A DNA stretch of 64,000 bases from Minisyncoccota bacterium (GTDB lineage Bacteria; Patescibacteriota; Minisyncoccia; Phycocordibacterales; Phycocordibacteraceae). Shown one piece after another: positions 9,147-17,612 of the stretch. The notes beneath the pieces were generated by a model that ran no database searches, was not told the origin of the DNA, and saw only the letters and a program-made list of their open reading frames with translations. A program made the position numbers and the translations under genes. The stretch is taken from positions 69,619-133,618 of the forward strand of contig DASPLK010000001.1 in the NCBI GenBank assembly GCA_035627595.1, given 5' to 3'. Every line of letters starts with the position of its first letter. Position 1 is the stretch's first letter.

Positions 9147-10034
9147 TTATTCTCTGGGGCACACTGGCTTATCACTCATCTGCGCCCATGTAGCAGATGG
9201 CTCGGGTGGCGTTACAGAACTACCGTTACAACGCTTCGTGAGAACGGTGCCGCTATACGTTCCGGCCAAAACGCGTGCTTCCTGCGCCTCACACTGCTGA
9301 AGCGTGTCGAAAGATTGGTAACTTGTAAGTCGGCATTGGTCCCCGCTCTCTTCGCTTGCTAAGTTCAGGTCGAGCTTCTGGGTGCTGATATTGAACTCTG
9401 CGCCACTTGGGGGCGGTGTAGGTGGTGTGTAGTACTTGCCATGCCCACAACATACCTGGCCCTCTCCACGCGTCCCGGAGCAACAGACTGCAGTCGCATC
9501 ACCAAGCGTGACCCATCCGCCGCCAAGTACGTCGTTGCACTGCCCTCCTTGTGGAACAGTCGCGTATTGGTACTGATCATGCGTATCGTTGGTGCAGATA
9601 GGGTTTTGCGAGGGGTCGCTATTTCCTGTTCCTCCTGATGGCGCCGGCGCAGTCTCAAGAAGGTCTGCACTGAAATTAAGCTCTAGAATCTTCGGATTGA
9701 TAATACCGAAAACGATTACGGGCGAGAGTACAAGGATGAGACCGAAGACGGCGCCCTGAAGGAGTGAACGTGCCTGTTCATTCTCAGAAACGCTTCCCTT
9801 GTTGGTCATAAATAGAATGCCGGCACGGATAATCTGGAGGACTGCGATAGCGGCTGCAACGCCAATACAAATCTTATACAACTGGTTGAGAAATGATGTG
9901 ATATTCGGCGCCTCCCCTGCAGTCTCGAGGCCAGGGATGCTGGTAAGTGGTGCGAATGAGTTGTCCGTCTGGCCAAACGCAGTAGCAGGAATCAAGATGA
10001 GTGCGAGTGCGAAGAAATGGATGAGGAGTGTCAT
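9147..10034 (-). CDS. VirB2/TrbC-like T4SS pilin candidate with a Cys-rich C-terminal extension
   Basis: signal peptide MTLLIHFFALALILIPATAFGQ, then two hydrophobic helices (LYKICIGVAAAIAVLQIIRAGILF; LLQGAVFGLILVLSPVIVFGII), the pilin-type topology; about 150 aa C-terminus with more than 12 Cys (CTND..CND..CCSG..CCGHG...). Confidence 0.4.
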   Translation of the reverse strand: MTLLIHFFALALILIPATAFGQTDNSFAPLTSIPGLETAGEAPNITSFLNQLYKICIGVAAAIAVLQIIRAGILFMTNKGSVSENEQARSLLQGAVFGLILVLSPVIVFGIINPKILELNFSADLLETAPAPSGGTGNSDPSQNPICTNDTHDQYQYATVPQGGQCNDVLGGGWVTLGDATAVCCSGTRGEGQVCCGHGKYYTPPTPPPSGAEFNISTQKLDLNLASEESGDQCRLTSYQSFDTLQQCEAQEARVLAGTYSGTVLTKRCNGSSVTPPEPSATWAQMSDKPVCPRE

Positions 10035-10036
10035 AG

Positions 10037-11011
10037 CTATAGTCCGAATATACCAAGAGCGCGGTCTTCACCGAAACGAACACTGAGCGACGTATCGGCT
10101 GACTGAAAATTCTCCTCATGCCGCGCCGTTGCTGATAGGAGTGCAGAACCCCGGCCGGAGCCAGTCGCGCGGACTGTTATATCGTCGTCTCCCCCACTCG
10201 CAACTGCGTTTACAGTCCAGGAGAGTATAGGACGCGCTGCGAAGTAGTATGGAACCATACGGAAGGAATCCTCCTCACCATTCATAGCAAACGTCCCACT
10301 GAACGCTCTATCAAATATCGGTCCTAGGAGTGGGTCGTTCCTATATATACGTACCAGCGGGTCTACGGGCGCAATAGCTGCAGTCGCCTGTGCCACGACT
10401 GCACTATCTTGCGTGGATACGGTCACCGAGACATTTGCGTCGCGGTATCTGACCGGCGCAGTCGCAGTGAGTGTTGAGCGTCCAATGCCGGAGGCGCTCT
10501 CAAGGATCTGATTTCCGAGCCGCCACGTGTAGACAAGATTCTCTGCTGCGACCGCGCCATTTGCAGTGCGGATATCGGGGATAGCGATGAGCCTGACCCT
10601 GCCCTCAGACGCTACGAGACTGCCGCCCTTATAAAATGGATGCGCGGTCGAGATGGGCTCGACGATGAGCGATACGTCGGCAGGCCGAACAGCGGTCTCC
10701 GCAGTATAGGTCTGACCGTTAGAGGTTACTGATACACGTATAGTTGAACGCTCCCCTGCCGCTCCAACCTGCGTGTATGCGGTGAGGACGCCTGTGCCCT
10801 CTTCTATAACGGTCCCATTGACCGAAACAGTCACTGTGCTCGCTGCCAGATTGAGTTGGGTGCTTCTCGGGGTGATTGCAATCGTCTGGTACGGCCGCGG
10901 GTACTGCGGCGAGATAGAAATAGTTATAGGAGCCGCTCCCACTTGAGCGTGCGCGGGAATGGCACCCGCTAATGCGGAGAGGAAAAGGACACTGAGAAGC
11001 ACGCGGAACAT
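10037..11011 (-). CDS. secreted hypothetical protein (signal peptide, beta-rich)
   Basis: MFRVLLSVLFLSALAGAIPAHAQV signal; no recognised motifs; embedded in the T4SS-like operon. Confidence 0.55.
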   Translation of the reverse strand: MFRVLLSVLFLSALAGAIPAHAQVGAAPITISISPQYPRPYQTIAITPRSTQLNLAASTVTVSVNGTVIEEGTGVLTAYTQVGAAGERSTIRVSVTSNGQTYTAETAVRPADVSLIVEPISTAHPFYKGGSLVASEGRVRLIAIPDIRTANGAVAAENLVYTWRLGNQILESASGIGRSTLTATAPVRYRDANVSVTVSTQDSAVVAQATAAIAPVDPLVRIYRNDPLLGPIFDRAFSGTFAMNGEEDSFRMVPYYFAARPILSWTVNAVASGGDDDITVRATGSGRGSALLSATARHEENFQSADTSLSVRFGEDRALGIFGL

Positions 11012-11062
11012 ATGCCTAGTATAGCTTGCATGTGAGCCACTGCAGAGAGTGGGCGTGGGTAT

Positions 11063-11488
11063 CTACGCAGCTTCCTCTTGCCTGCGGGTAGTGTAATTAT
11101 CATTAGCTGCTCTCAAACGGTTGTCATTCGCTGCCTGTCGCGCTGCTTTGTTCTTAGCTGCAAGCTTCTGCGCCTTCTCTTTGTCCTCTTTGCGGGTTAG
11201 GTAGACTACCCATATCACCGCCAGAAGTTGCGTAGGAAACATATTTATTAAGGGAAACGACTCGATAATACCTGCGCCTCCCATCGCCCCAAATTTCTTG
11301 AGCGCATTTTTCCCTGACATGAACCGCACTCCGAGTATGGCAAGCCATAGCCACATAACAAATATGCCGAACCATTCCCAAATGGTGCCCAGTATCGGCA
11401 CCATGCCAGCAAAGAAGCCTATGCCCTGGAACGTGGCTGAAGTGGCTATAAGGAAGAACGCGGTCCCGCGACTAATGCGCTCGTGCAT
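11063..11488 (-). CDS. small polytopic membrane protein with a basic C-terminus (hypothetical, T4SS-associated)
   Basis: 3-4 predicted TM helices, then a K/R-rich tail; operon context. Confidence 0.45.
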   Translation of the reverse strand: MHERISRGTAFFLIATSATFQGIGFFAGMVPILGTIWEWFGIFVMWLWLAILGVRFMSGKNALKKFGAMGGAGIIESFPLINMFPTQLLAVIWVVYLTRKEDKEKAQKLAAKNKAARQAANDNRLRAANDNYTTRRQEEAA

Positions 11489-11497
11489 ACTCCCCTA

Positions 11498-13309
11498 CTA
11501 TACTCCTTCCATTCGTTCCTTCTCCTTTCGAATCGCAAGAAGCTGCGACGGATCCGAGGTAATGATCTGATCCTCGGTATAGGAGGCAACAATCTTTATG
11601 GCGACGTGCTTCATACCCGCAAAGAAGAGTCCTTCTCCGACACCAGACTCGAGGAGGAGGTACTTCTCTTCATCGGTAAGATTGAAAGTCTCTTTGAGAA
11701 TGTCGATCGTTGTTGGCGACTGCTTTAGGAGGAGCTGTATGGATGAGTTTGTAAGTATTGGCCGGCCATACGGAGAGCGGAGGAAGTCCTCTACATCTTG
11801 GGTAATTGTGGCGAGTCCCAAATAGTACTTACGCCCACGCTTAGCCATAGAGTAGAGGAAGGATGCGGTATCATCCGATTTCATCATCCACCAAGCCTCG
11901 TCGATAACGAGGAGGCGCCTCTTCAACTCTTGGCGGACTGCGTTCCAGATGTAGTGCGTAATGATATACATTGCGACCGGCTTCAGGTCGTCCTCCATAT
12001 CACGCACAGAAAAAACGATGAGCTGTTTGTTGATATCGACGTTCGTCGGGCGGTTGAGGAATCCTGACCAAGTGCCCCTCGTGTACTTTGAAAGGCGCTG
12101 TACCAATGACTCGCTTCCTTCCATACCAGACAGCACACTTTCAAAATCAGACAGCAGGGGCGGCTCCATGCCAGTGAAGTCCGCGTCACCGGTTATATCC
12201 TTGAGTGCGTATGTCTCTGTTATCGCGCGGTCGACGATGGCATCCTCTTCAGGGCTAAGGCCGCCAAGCATGATGCGGAAAAGACCAACGAGGTTAATGA
12301 TGTTCGAGCGAAGTATGTCAGAGGGCTCCTCGTCGTCCTTGACTGCTGGCAGATCAAACGGATTGATATGGTGCTCGGAAGAGAGCGAGATATTAAATGT
12401 GCGGCCACCTGTCGCCTGCGCGAGGTACTCGTATTCTCGCTCCGGATCGATGACTATGACGTCCGTCTCAAACATGAGTGAGCGCAATACTTCGAGCTTC
12501 ACGGCGTAGCTCTTTCCAGAGCCGGACTTTGCGAACACGACCGAGTTGTAGTTCTCAAGCGAGAATCGATCGAAGAGCACCAGGGAGGCATTGTGGCGGT
12601 TGATGCCGTAGAGAATTCCCCTATCTGAGGTAAGGTCGAATGAGACGAATGGGAAGAGCGAGGATAGAGGCGAGGAATTGAGCTTCGAGTGCGAATTCAA
12701 TTCATCAACAGCGAGCGGAAGCGTAGAGCGGTAACCCTGCTCCTGCTGGAACAGAGCCGGCTTTGTATAGACGAGCTTCGCATCAAGAATGCCGCGTATC
12801 TCTGCCTCCACCTTATCGAGATCTTCCTTCGTACTTCCGTACACAGTTATATAAAGACCCACCTCAAAGAGACGCTCCTGTGCTTGCTGGAGCTGGTCGC
12901 GCAACTCTTCGAGATCTCGGTATGCGGTATCAAGCATAGGGTCGCGCACAAAGCCCTTCTCTTCCCTTTCAGCAATCTGGCTCTGCACTTCCGCAACCTT
13001 CTTTTGAAAGTTTCGCATTACAAGACTCGTATCAAGTGGATGTATATGGATGGATACATCAAGTTGCTTGGAGAGATTGATGATGGGGGTAAACCAGCTA
13101 TCGGACAGGAAGCGCGGATACGAAATCGTATAAAAGGTACGCGAGAACTTCTCTCCTATCTCAAGTTCCCGTGAGCCGACCTTAAGCGCTGCAGGTGCGA
13201 TGGTGTCTGCGAGGTCGAGCTCGCCTGCGGCATAGATATCAGCTGGCAGGACCGGTGTTATTTCCGGTCCATCTTGATTTTTCTTGCTAAAGAAGTCGAG
13301 TAGGGCCAT
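11498..13309 (-). CDS. virB4: VirB4/TrbE/CagE-family T4SS ATPase (C-terminal 603 aa including the NTPase domain)
   Basis: Walker A VVFAKSGSGKSYAV, Walker B LLVIDEAWWMM, VirB4 N-domain-like pattern near MALLDFF...; same frame as the upstream ORF, separated only by TAA. Confidence 0.85.
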   Translation of the reverse strand: MALLDFFSKKNQDGPEITPVLPADIYAAGELDLADTIAPAALKVGSRELEIGEKFSRTFYTISYPRFLSDSWFTPIINLSKQLDVSIHIHPLDTSLVMRNFQKKVAEVQSQIAEREEKGFVRDPMLDTAYRDLEELRDQLQQAQERLFEVGLYITVYGSTKEDLDKVEAEIRGILDAKLVYTKPALFQQEQGYRSTLPLAVDELNSHSKLNSSPLSSLFPFVSFDLTSDRGILYGINRHNASLVLFDRFSLENYNSVVFAKSGSGKSYAVKLEVLRSLMFETDVIVIDPEREYEYLAQATGGRTFNISLSSEHHINPFDLPAVKDDEEPSDILRSNIINLVGLFRIMLGGLSPEEDAIVDRAITETYALKDITGDADFTGMEPPLLSDFESVLSGMEGSESLVQRLSKYTRGTWSGFLNRPTNVDINKQLIVFSVRDMEDDLKPVAMYIITHYIWNAVRQELKRRLLVIDEAWWMMKSDDTASFLYSMAKRGRKYYLGLATITQDVEDFLRSPYGRPILTNSSIQLLLKQSPTTIDILKETFNLTDEEKYLLLESGVGEGLFFAGMKHVAIKIVASYTEDQIITSDPSQLLAIRKEKERMEGV

Positions 13310-13312
13310 ATG

Positions 13313-13945
13313 TTATGCGAAACGGATAGGGTTTTCATGCTCGCTCGGATTGAAAGAGCGGTATAGAAGCTCGATGATCTCCTCGGTACCAAGCGGCACG
13401 GCACGGACGCCGCTTCCCTGAAGCGCGCTTCCTACGAGCGCCATGCGCTGCTCAAGCTGCACACGAAATTGCACGAACTCATCCGTTCCTTCGCCAGTAG
13501 GCGCTGCACCGGCCTCCTTCTTTATGAACGGCAGTGCGCCAGAGACGGCAGTAACAGCAGCTGGGCTGTAGGGTACGACGACATAGAAGAGCTTCGTCAT
13601 AATGTCTGTTCCTTCTATGAATGAACTAATGAACTGCATGTACTCTCGAAGCTGGATGCGCATAAGCTCGGAGGACTGCTTGTCTGCGCGTTCCTCAAGA
13701 AGTGCGAGGTAAGGACGGATATCTATCTTTCTAGACTGTACGACTATTTCGACCGAGAAATCGAGCGTGTTGAGGAAGTTTTGGAAACCGCCTATGATAG
13801 CGCGCTGCTCATCCTCAGACTTAAGTGCGAAGTTCACTGATGAGCACATGAGAATACCGCGGTATCCTCCATCCTTAAGGATTACTACGCCGTTACGTAT
13901 TTCCTTAACCGGTACGAACTCTTGAGCTGCGCGTGCTGCGGGCAT
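13313..13945 (-). CDS. VirB4 N-terminal-like fragment (210 aa), separated from the ATPase ORF by a single in-frame TAA
   Basis: VPVKEIRNGVVILKDGGYRGILMCSSVNFALKSEDEQRAIIGGFQNFLNTLDFSVEIVVQS resembles the VirB4/TraC N-terminus; stop TAA at 13313-13315, then CAT, then ATG 13307-13309 in frame; combined about 813 aa, a typical VirB4 length. Confidence 0.5.
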   Translation of the reverse strand: MPAARAAQEFVPVKEIRNGVVILKDGGYRGILMCSSVNFALKSEDEQRAIIGGFQNFLNTLDFSVEIVVQSRKIDIRPYLALLEERADKQSSELMRIQLREYMQFISSFIEGTDIMTKLFYVVVPYSPAAVTAVSGALPFIKKEAGAAPTGEGTDEFVQFRVQLEQRMALVGSALQGSGVRAVPLGTEEIIELLYRSFNPSEHENPIRFA

Positions 13946-13947
13946 GA

Positions 13948-14361
13948 TTAAGAGGCGTTACTATCCTTAATATCCAAGGACCATGCGAGCTCATGGAGCT
14001 TGTTCTGCGAAAGCCCAAGCTTCTGTCTCGTTTCGACCGCAGGCGTAGGCGGGACAGGCATAGTCTGCACCTGAGTCTTCTTCTCTACCCTTTTCCAGAG
14101 GTATAGGCGGCTTCCAAGGTAATAATTAAAACCCGACTCGAGCACGTCGAGGAACGGTCGATTGTTTACCTTGTAAAACGCGAGCGCAAGCGTGAAAATC
14201 GCGAGCGGAATAGCAAGCGCGATGCCAATGATACGTGGGAGATAGAGTACGAGCACGGCGCAGAGACCAAAACCGCCAGCAACGTAAACAAACTGCTTGA
14301 TAGAAAGCGGGCCGAATACTTTCTCTTCGACCTCAATGAACTGTGGTACTTGGTACTCCAT
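13948..14361 (-). CDS. PrgI/VirB3-like small membrane protein
   Basis: 137 aa, two TM helices (FVYVAGGFGLCAVLVLYL; IGIALAIPLAIFTLALAFY), directly upstream of VirB4 as in Gram-positive-type T4SS. Confidence 0.5.
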   Translation of the reverse strand: MEYQVPQFIEVEEKVFGPLSIKQFVYVAGGFGLCAVLVLYLPRIIGIALAIPLAIFTLALAFYKVNNRPFLDVLESGFNYYLGSRLYLWKRVEKKTQVQTMPVPPTPAVETRQKLGLSQNKLHELAWSLDIKDSNAS

Positions 14362-14407
14362 TGCCTACATAGTATAGCAACACCCCGCAAGAAAGCGGGG
14401 TGTGCGT

Positions 14408-15127
14408 TTAAAATGGTTCGCGATACGGATCTGCCGCGTAGTCTTTCGTGAGCGGTGTGCGCTGCCCTTCTTCAGTCGGTAGGTTTGGCGGTGGCGGTGG
14501 CGGTTCCCACGCGGTGACTGGAGGAGGCGCTGGACGTTCGATCACCGGCTCCGGAACAGGCGGTGGCGGTGGCGGTGGCGCGGGAGGCTGTTGTGGAGCT
14601 TGGTACTGCAGCGGTGGCTGGGTGGTCATGTATGGCTGCGGCACAGCGGTAATTGATACCGGAACCCAGTATGTCTGTTGCTGAGCGCCTGGAATTGGTG
14701 GCGTATATACAGGCTGCGGCTGTTGCGGGACCTGATACTGAGGTGGTGCCTCTATTTGGGAAGGTGGAGAAACAGGACGTGGTGGTTCGGGGCGTCTCTC
14801 CGATTGCTCCTGCTCTTTTCGACGCAAGGGCTTGAATACCATCTCATTCACATCAGTAGTGAGTCCATTGATTGAAGGCTCAGGGATACCGGCTTCACGT
14901 AGAGAATCTCTAAACTCATCTGGTGTCTTTACTCCAAGCAGCATTTGAAGATACGCGCGTTCGAAATCCCCAGCCTGGTCAGCATGAAGACCGTATTTCT
15001 GCATGAGTTCGAGCGCAACACGGTCGCGCTCAGGGCTCATAACGAATTCCCGGATCGGTTCAGGTATCCGCAGCAGCGCCGTGGCAACTGCGTCATCGAC
15101 ATTGCTAAGCTGCTGAGGTTCATCCAT
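14408..15127 (-). CDS. proline-rich hypothetical protein (helical N-domain plus about 130 aa of P/Q-rich low-complexity sequence)
   Basis: ...APPPPPPPVPEPVIERPAPPPVTAWEPPPPPP; no TM segment; operon member. Confidence 0.5.
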   Translation of the reverse strand: MDEPQQLSNVDDAVATALLRIPEPIREFVMSPERDRVALELMQKYGLHADQAGDFERAYLQMLLGVKTPDEFRDSLREAGIPEPSINGLTTDVNEMVFKPLRRKEQEQSERRPEPPRPVSPPSQIEAPPQYQVPQQPQPVYTPPIPGAQQQTYWVPVSITAVPQPYMTTQPPLQYQAPQQPPAPPPPPPPVPEPVIERPAPPPVTAWEPPPPPPNLPTEEGQRTPLTKDYAADPYREPF

Positions 15128-15154
15128 ACCTCTATTGTATACGATGTGTGATCA

Positions 15155-17608
15155 CTAGTGACCACCACCGTGCCCATCGTCCTTCTTTGCGGCACCATGA
15201 CTGTCACCCGACGCCCCGTTCTTCTGCTGAGCCTTGAGTGCGTCCGCAAGTTTCTCTATCTCCCCCTTATTAATATTCTTAATAATCTTCTCCTTCGCAT
15301 GATGGTCGGCGTCCGGGCCTATGGTCTGACCGTAGGCAAATTTCGCTGTCGCATTAACGAGCCCGCCCTCTTTGCCCGGCATTTCACCCATTCGCTCAGC
15401 GTATACGCGCTGCGGCGCTGACTTGAGATCTTTCTTCGCAGCCTCCTGACCTGCGATCCACTGCTTCTGGCGTGCTTCCTCTGCAGCGCGCTCCTTATTC
15501 TGCTCTTCAGTCAGGCGCTTATACTTCTCGTTTAGATTGCTGATAGCAGTCTCAGCGGCGCTCACCGCAGCTTGATTGCCACGCGCTCGCGCATCCGCAG
15601 CTTCCTTCTCGCGCTCCTTAATTTCATCCCGTATTGGTGTGCGCTCGCTCCGATGGCGTACATCCATATCATTAAGAACCTCGGCGTCCTTTTGCTTCTT
15701 TGTAGCTATCTGCGTGTCAATTTCCTTTATTATTGTAGTCTCCTCCGCCGTGTTCTTTAGGTCCTTAGAGTACTTTTCGCGTTCCTCTTCAGCATGATGA
15801 ACGATTCCTGCGTATCCACCCTTCTTCGCGTCGCCAAGTTTTAGGTGCGCAGCACCAGCAGCGCCACTCACAATCTTAGAGGCGCGAGGATCAAAGCTTG
15901 ATTTAGCACCTGAATCAAGACCGCCAACAACCATCTTGCCAAGACCGCTACGGCCGAATTCGGTATGCCTGAGTTTGTCAGCCTGTTTGTACATGGCACG
16001 CCCGGCTGTTCTCCTACCTACAAACCCCATACCGCCCATTACCACGCCACTCGCTTTACTGGTCGCGAAGCTCGCGCCCATAGCTCCAAGGCTACTTGCG
16101 ATCATTAAAGAACCAACCATAAACCCGATTATGAGGAAGAAGAGAATGAATATGCCGCCCGTACCAGCACCTCCAGCAGCAAACGCCTGAACAAGGGATG
16201 CGCCTGTAGTATTAAATGTACTTTGAGCCCCCTCCATTATCTTCAGTCCAACAAAAAGCATAAGAAGGAATAATGGAGCAAAGAACGCTTGGGAGATGAG
16301 CTTGTTCCACCACATCTTGGAATACTCTTCGAACTGCGGGATTGCTGTTGCGGCGAACCCAAGAGGAGATATCACCAAAAGGAACATAAGGGTTACTGCA
16401 CGGATAATGAGCATGATGGAGGCGGCAATAAATACCACCATCATGACAATGATGAGTATGAGAAGGCCTGTGTAGGTTAGGAGCATCCCAAGTCCGTCGG
16501 TAGCAGTCCAAATGGCGCCCAGGCTTCTGAACCCTTCAAATGAGAATATGCTGCCCATCCCAGCAGCCGCAAGAATCTTTCCTGAGATACCATCACCAAC
16601 GCACTCTGCCGGCGTGCCGCCGCTTGCAATAGTTCCTGCATCCCCACCGCAGTTCACATTTCCAGCTTCTGTATAGAACGCTGCGCTAAAAACGTTTGCA
16701 ACATCCACAATTGCAGACGACACAAGAAGGCTGAAGTTGATAAGAATGGCAAAGATAAGGAGGCGTGGCAGTGCCTTTCCGACACTGAAGTGTCCAACGT
16801 TAAGAATGGTCTGAATACCGATGAATATAAATCCAAAGAGAAGAAGTATGTTGCCAAGATCTCGAAGCACGCTCCATGCGACGAGAAGACCAGGAGAGTT
16901 ACCGAAGTAAGTGCTGTATTGGAAGACTGTGACAAGCACAATCCAGTTGAACAGCATGCCAAACACACCAAGGAGTGCGCCAAGTACTGAGACAAGAATC
17001 CAAAGTACAGATGCGCCAAGCTTACCTATGATGCTGCCGAGACAATCAGACAAGTTTCCCCCGATTAAACTACAACTGTCAGTTCCCGCAGCGCCATCTA
17101 CCTGTTGAACAGATTGAGTGCCACCATTCCCATCTGGAACTTCCGTGACGGTTACATTTGCAATATCAGACTGCCGACCAATCTCAGTGCCATCGGGTAG
17201 TACAACCTCTGCAACAATTTTCTGGGAAGCGAGATCATCCTCAAACCAAAGCGTATATCGATTATCACTAAATGTGACCCTACAATTCTCTAGCGAGTCT
17301 CGATTCGTGACTCGATAGGTACAGATAGAGGTAATGGTGACCGCCGGATTAGTCCCTAGCTCTAAGCCTTGATGAGTACAATTAGGCTCATCGTTCGGGG
17401 TGTTACAAAGGACAGCTTCAAACTGCTGCTGGGTAAAACCTACAGCATTGGGTCTTGCCTGTTCTTTAGGGAAAGAGGGCCACGTGGGTAGCGCAGTCTG
17501 CGCCTGAGACGCGCTTGGAAGGAACGCAAACCCACTAACGAGAACCGCAGCGGTCGCGAACGCGACCCCTGCTTTTCCTAGCCAACCTTTGAAGCGCGAT
17601 ACCCGCAT
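15155..17608 (-). CDS. VirB6/TrbL-like polytopic membrane protein with N-terminal extracellular domain and long charged/coiled-coil C-terminus
   Basis: signal peptide, about 200 aa ectodomain, at least 6 TM helices (LGASVLWILVSVLGALLGVFGMLF...), then a K/E/A-rich tail of about 300 aa ending GGGH. Confidence 0.55.
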   Translation of the reverse strand: MRVSRFKGWLGKAGVAFATAAVLVSGFAFLPSASQAQTALPTWPSFPKEQARPNAVGFTQQQFEAVLCNTPNDEPNCTHQGLELGTNPAVTITSICTYRVTNRDSLENCRVTFSDNRYTLWFEDDLASQKIVAEVVLPDGTEIGRQSDIANVTVTEVPDGNGGTQSVQQVDGAAGTDSCSLIGGNLSDCLGSIIGKLGASVLWILVSVLGALLGVFGMLFNWIVLVTVFQYSTYFGNSPGLLVAWSVLRDLGNILLLFGFIFIGIQTILNVGHFSVGKALPRLLIFAILINFSLLVSSAIVDVANVFSAAFYTEAGNVNCGGDAGTIASGGTPAECVGDGISGKILAAAGMGSIFSFEGFRSLGAIWTATDGLGMLLTYTGLLILIIVMMVVFIAASIMLIIRAVTLMFLLVISPLGFAATAIPQFEEYSKMWWNKLISQAFFAPLFLLMLFVGLKIMEGAQSTFNTTGASLVQAFAAGGAGTGGIFILFFLIIGFMVGSLMIASSLGAMGASFATSKASGVVMGGMGFVGRRTAGRAMYKQADKLRHTEFGRSGLGKMVVGGLDSGAKSSFDPRASKIVSGAAGAAHLKLGDAKKGGYAGIVHHAEEEREKYSKDLKNTAEETTIIKEIDTQIATKKQKDAEVLNDMDVRHRSERTPIRDEIKEREKEAADARARGNQAAVSAAETAISNLNEKYKRLTEEQNKERAAEEARQKQWIAGQEAAKKDLKSAPQRVYAERMGEMPGKEGGLVNATAKFAYGQTIGPDADHHAKEKIIKNINKGEIEKLADALKAQQKNGASGDSHGAAKKDDGHGGGH

Positions 17609-17612
17609 AGCG

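Noticed and set aside
12689-13174. 161-aa plus-strand ORF inside virB4.
   Set aside because: It is antisense to the Walker-motif-bearing VirB4 ORF and has no features.
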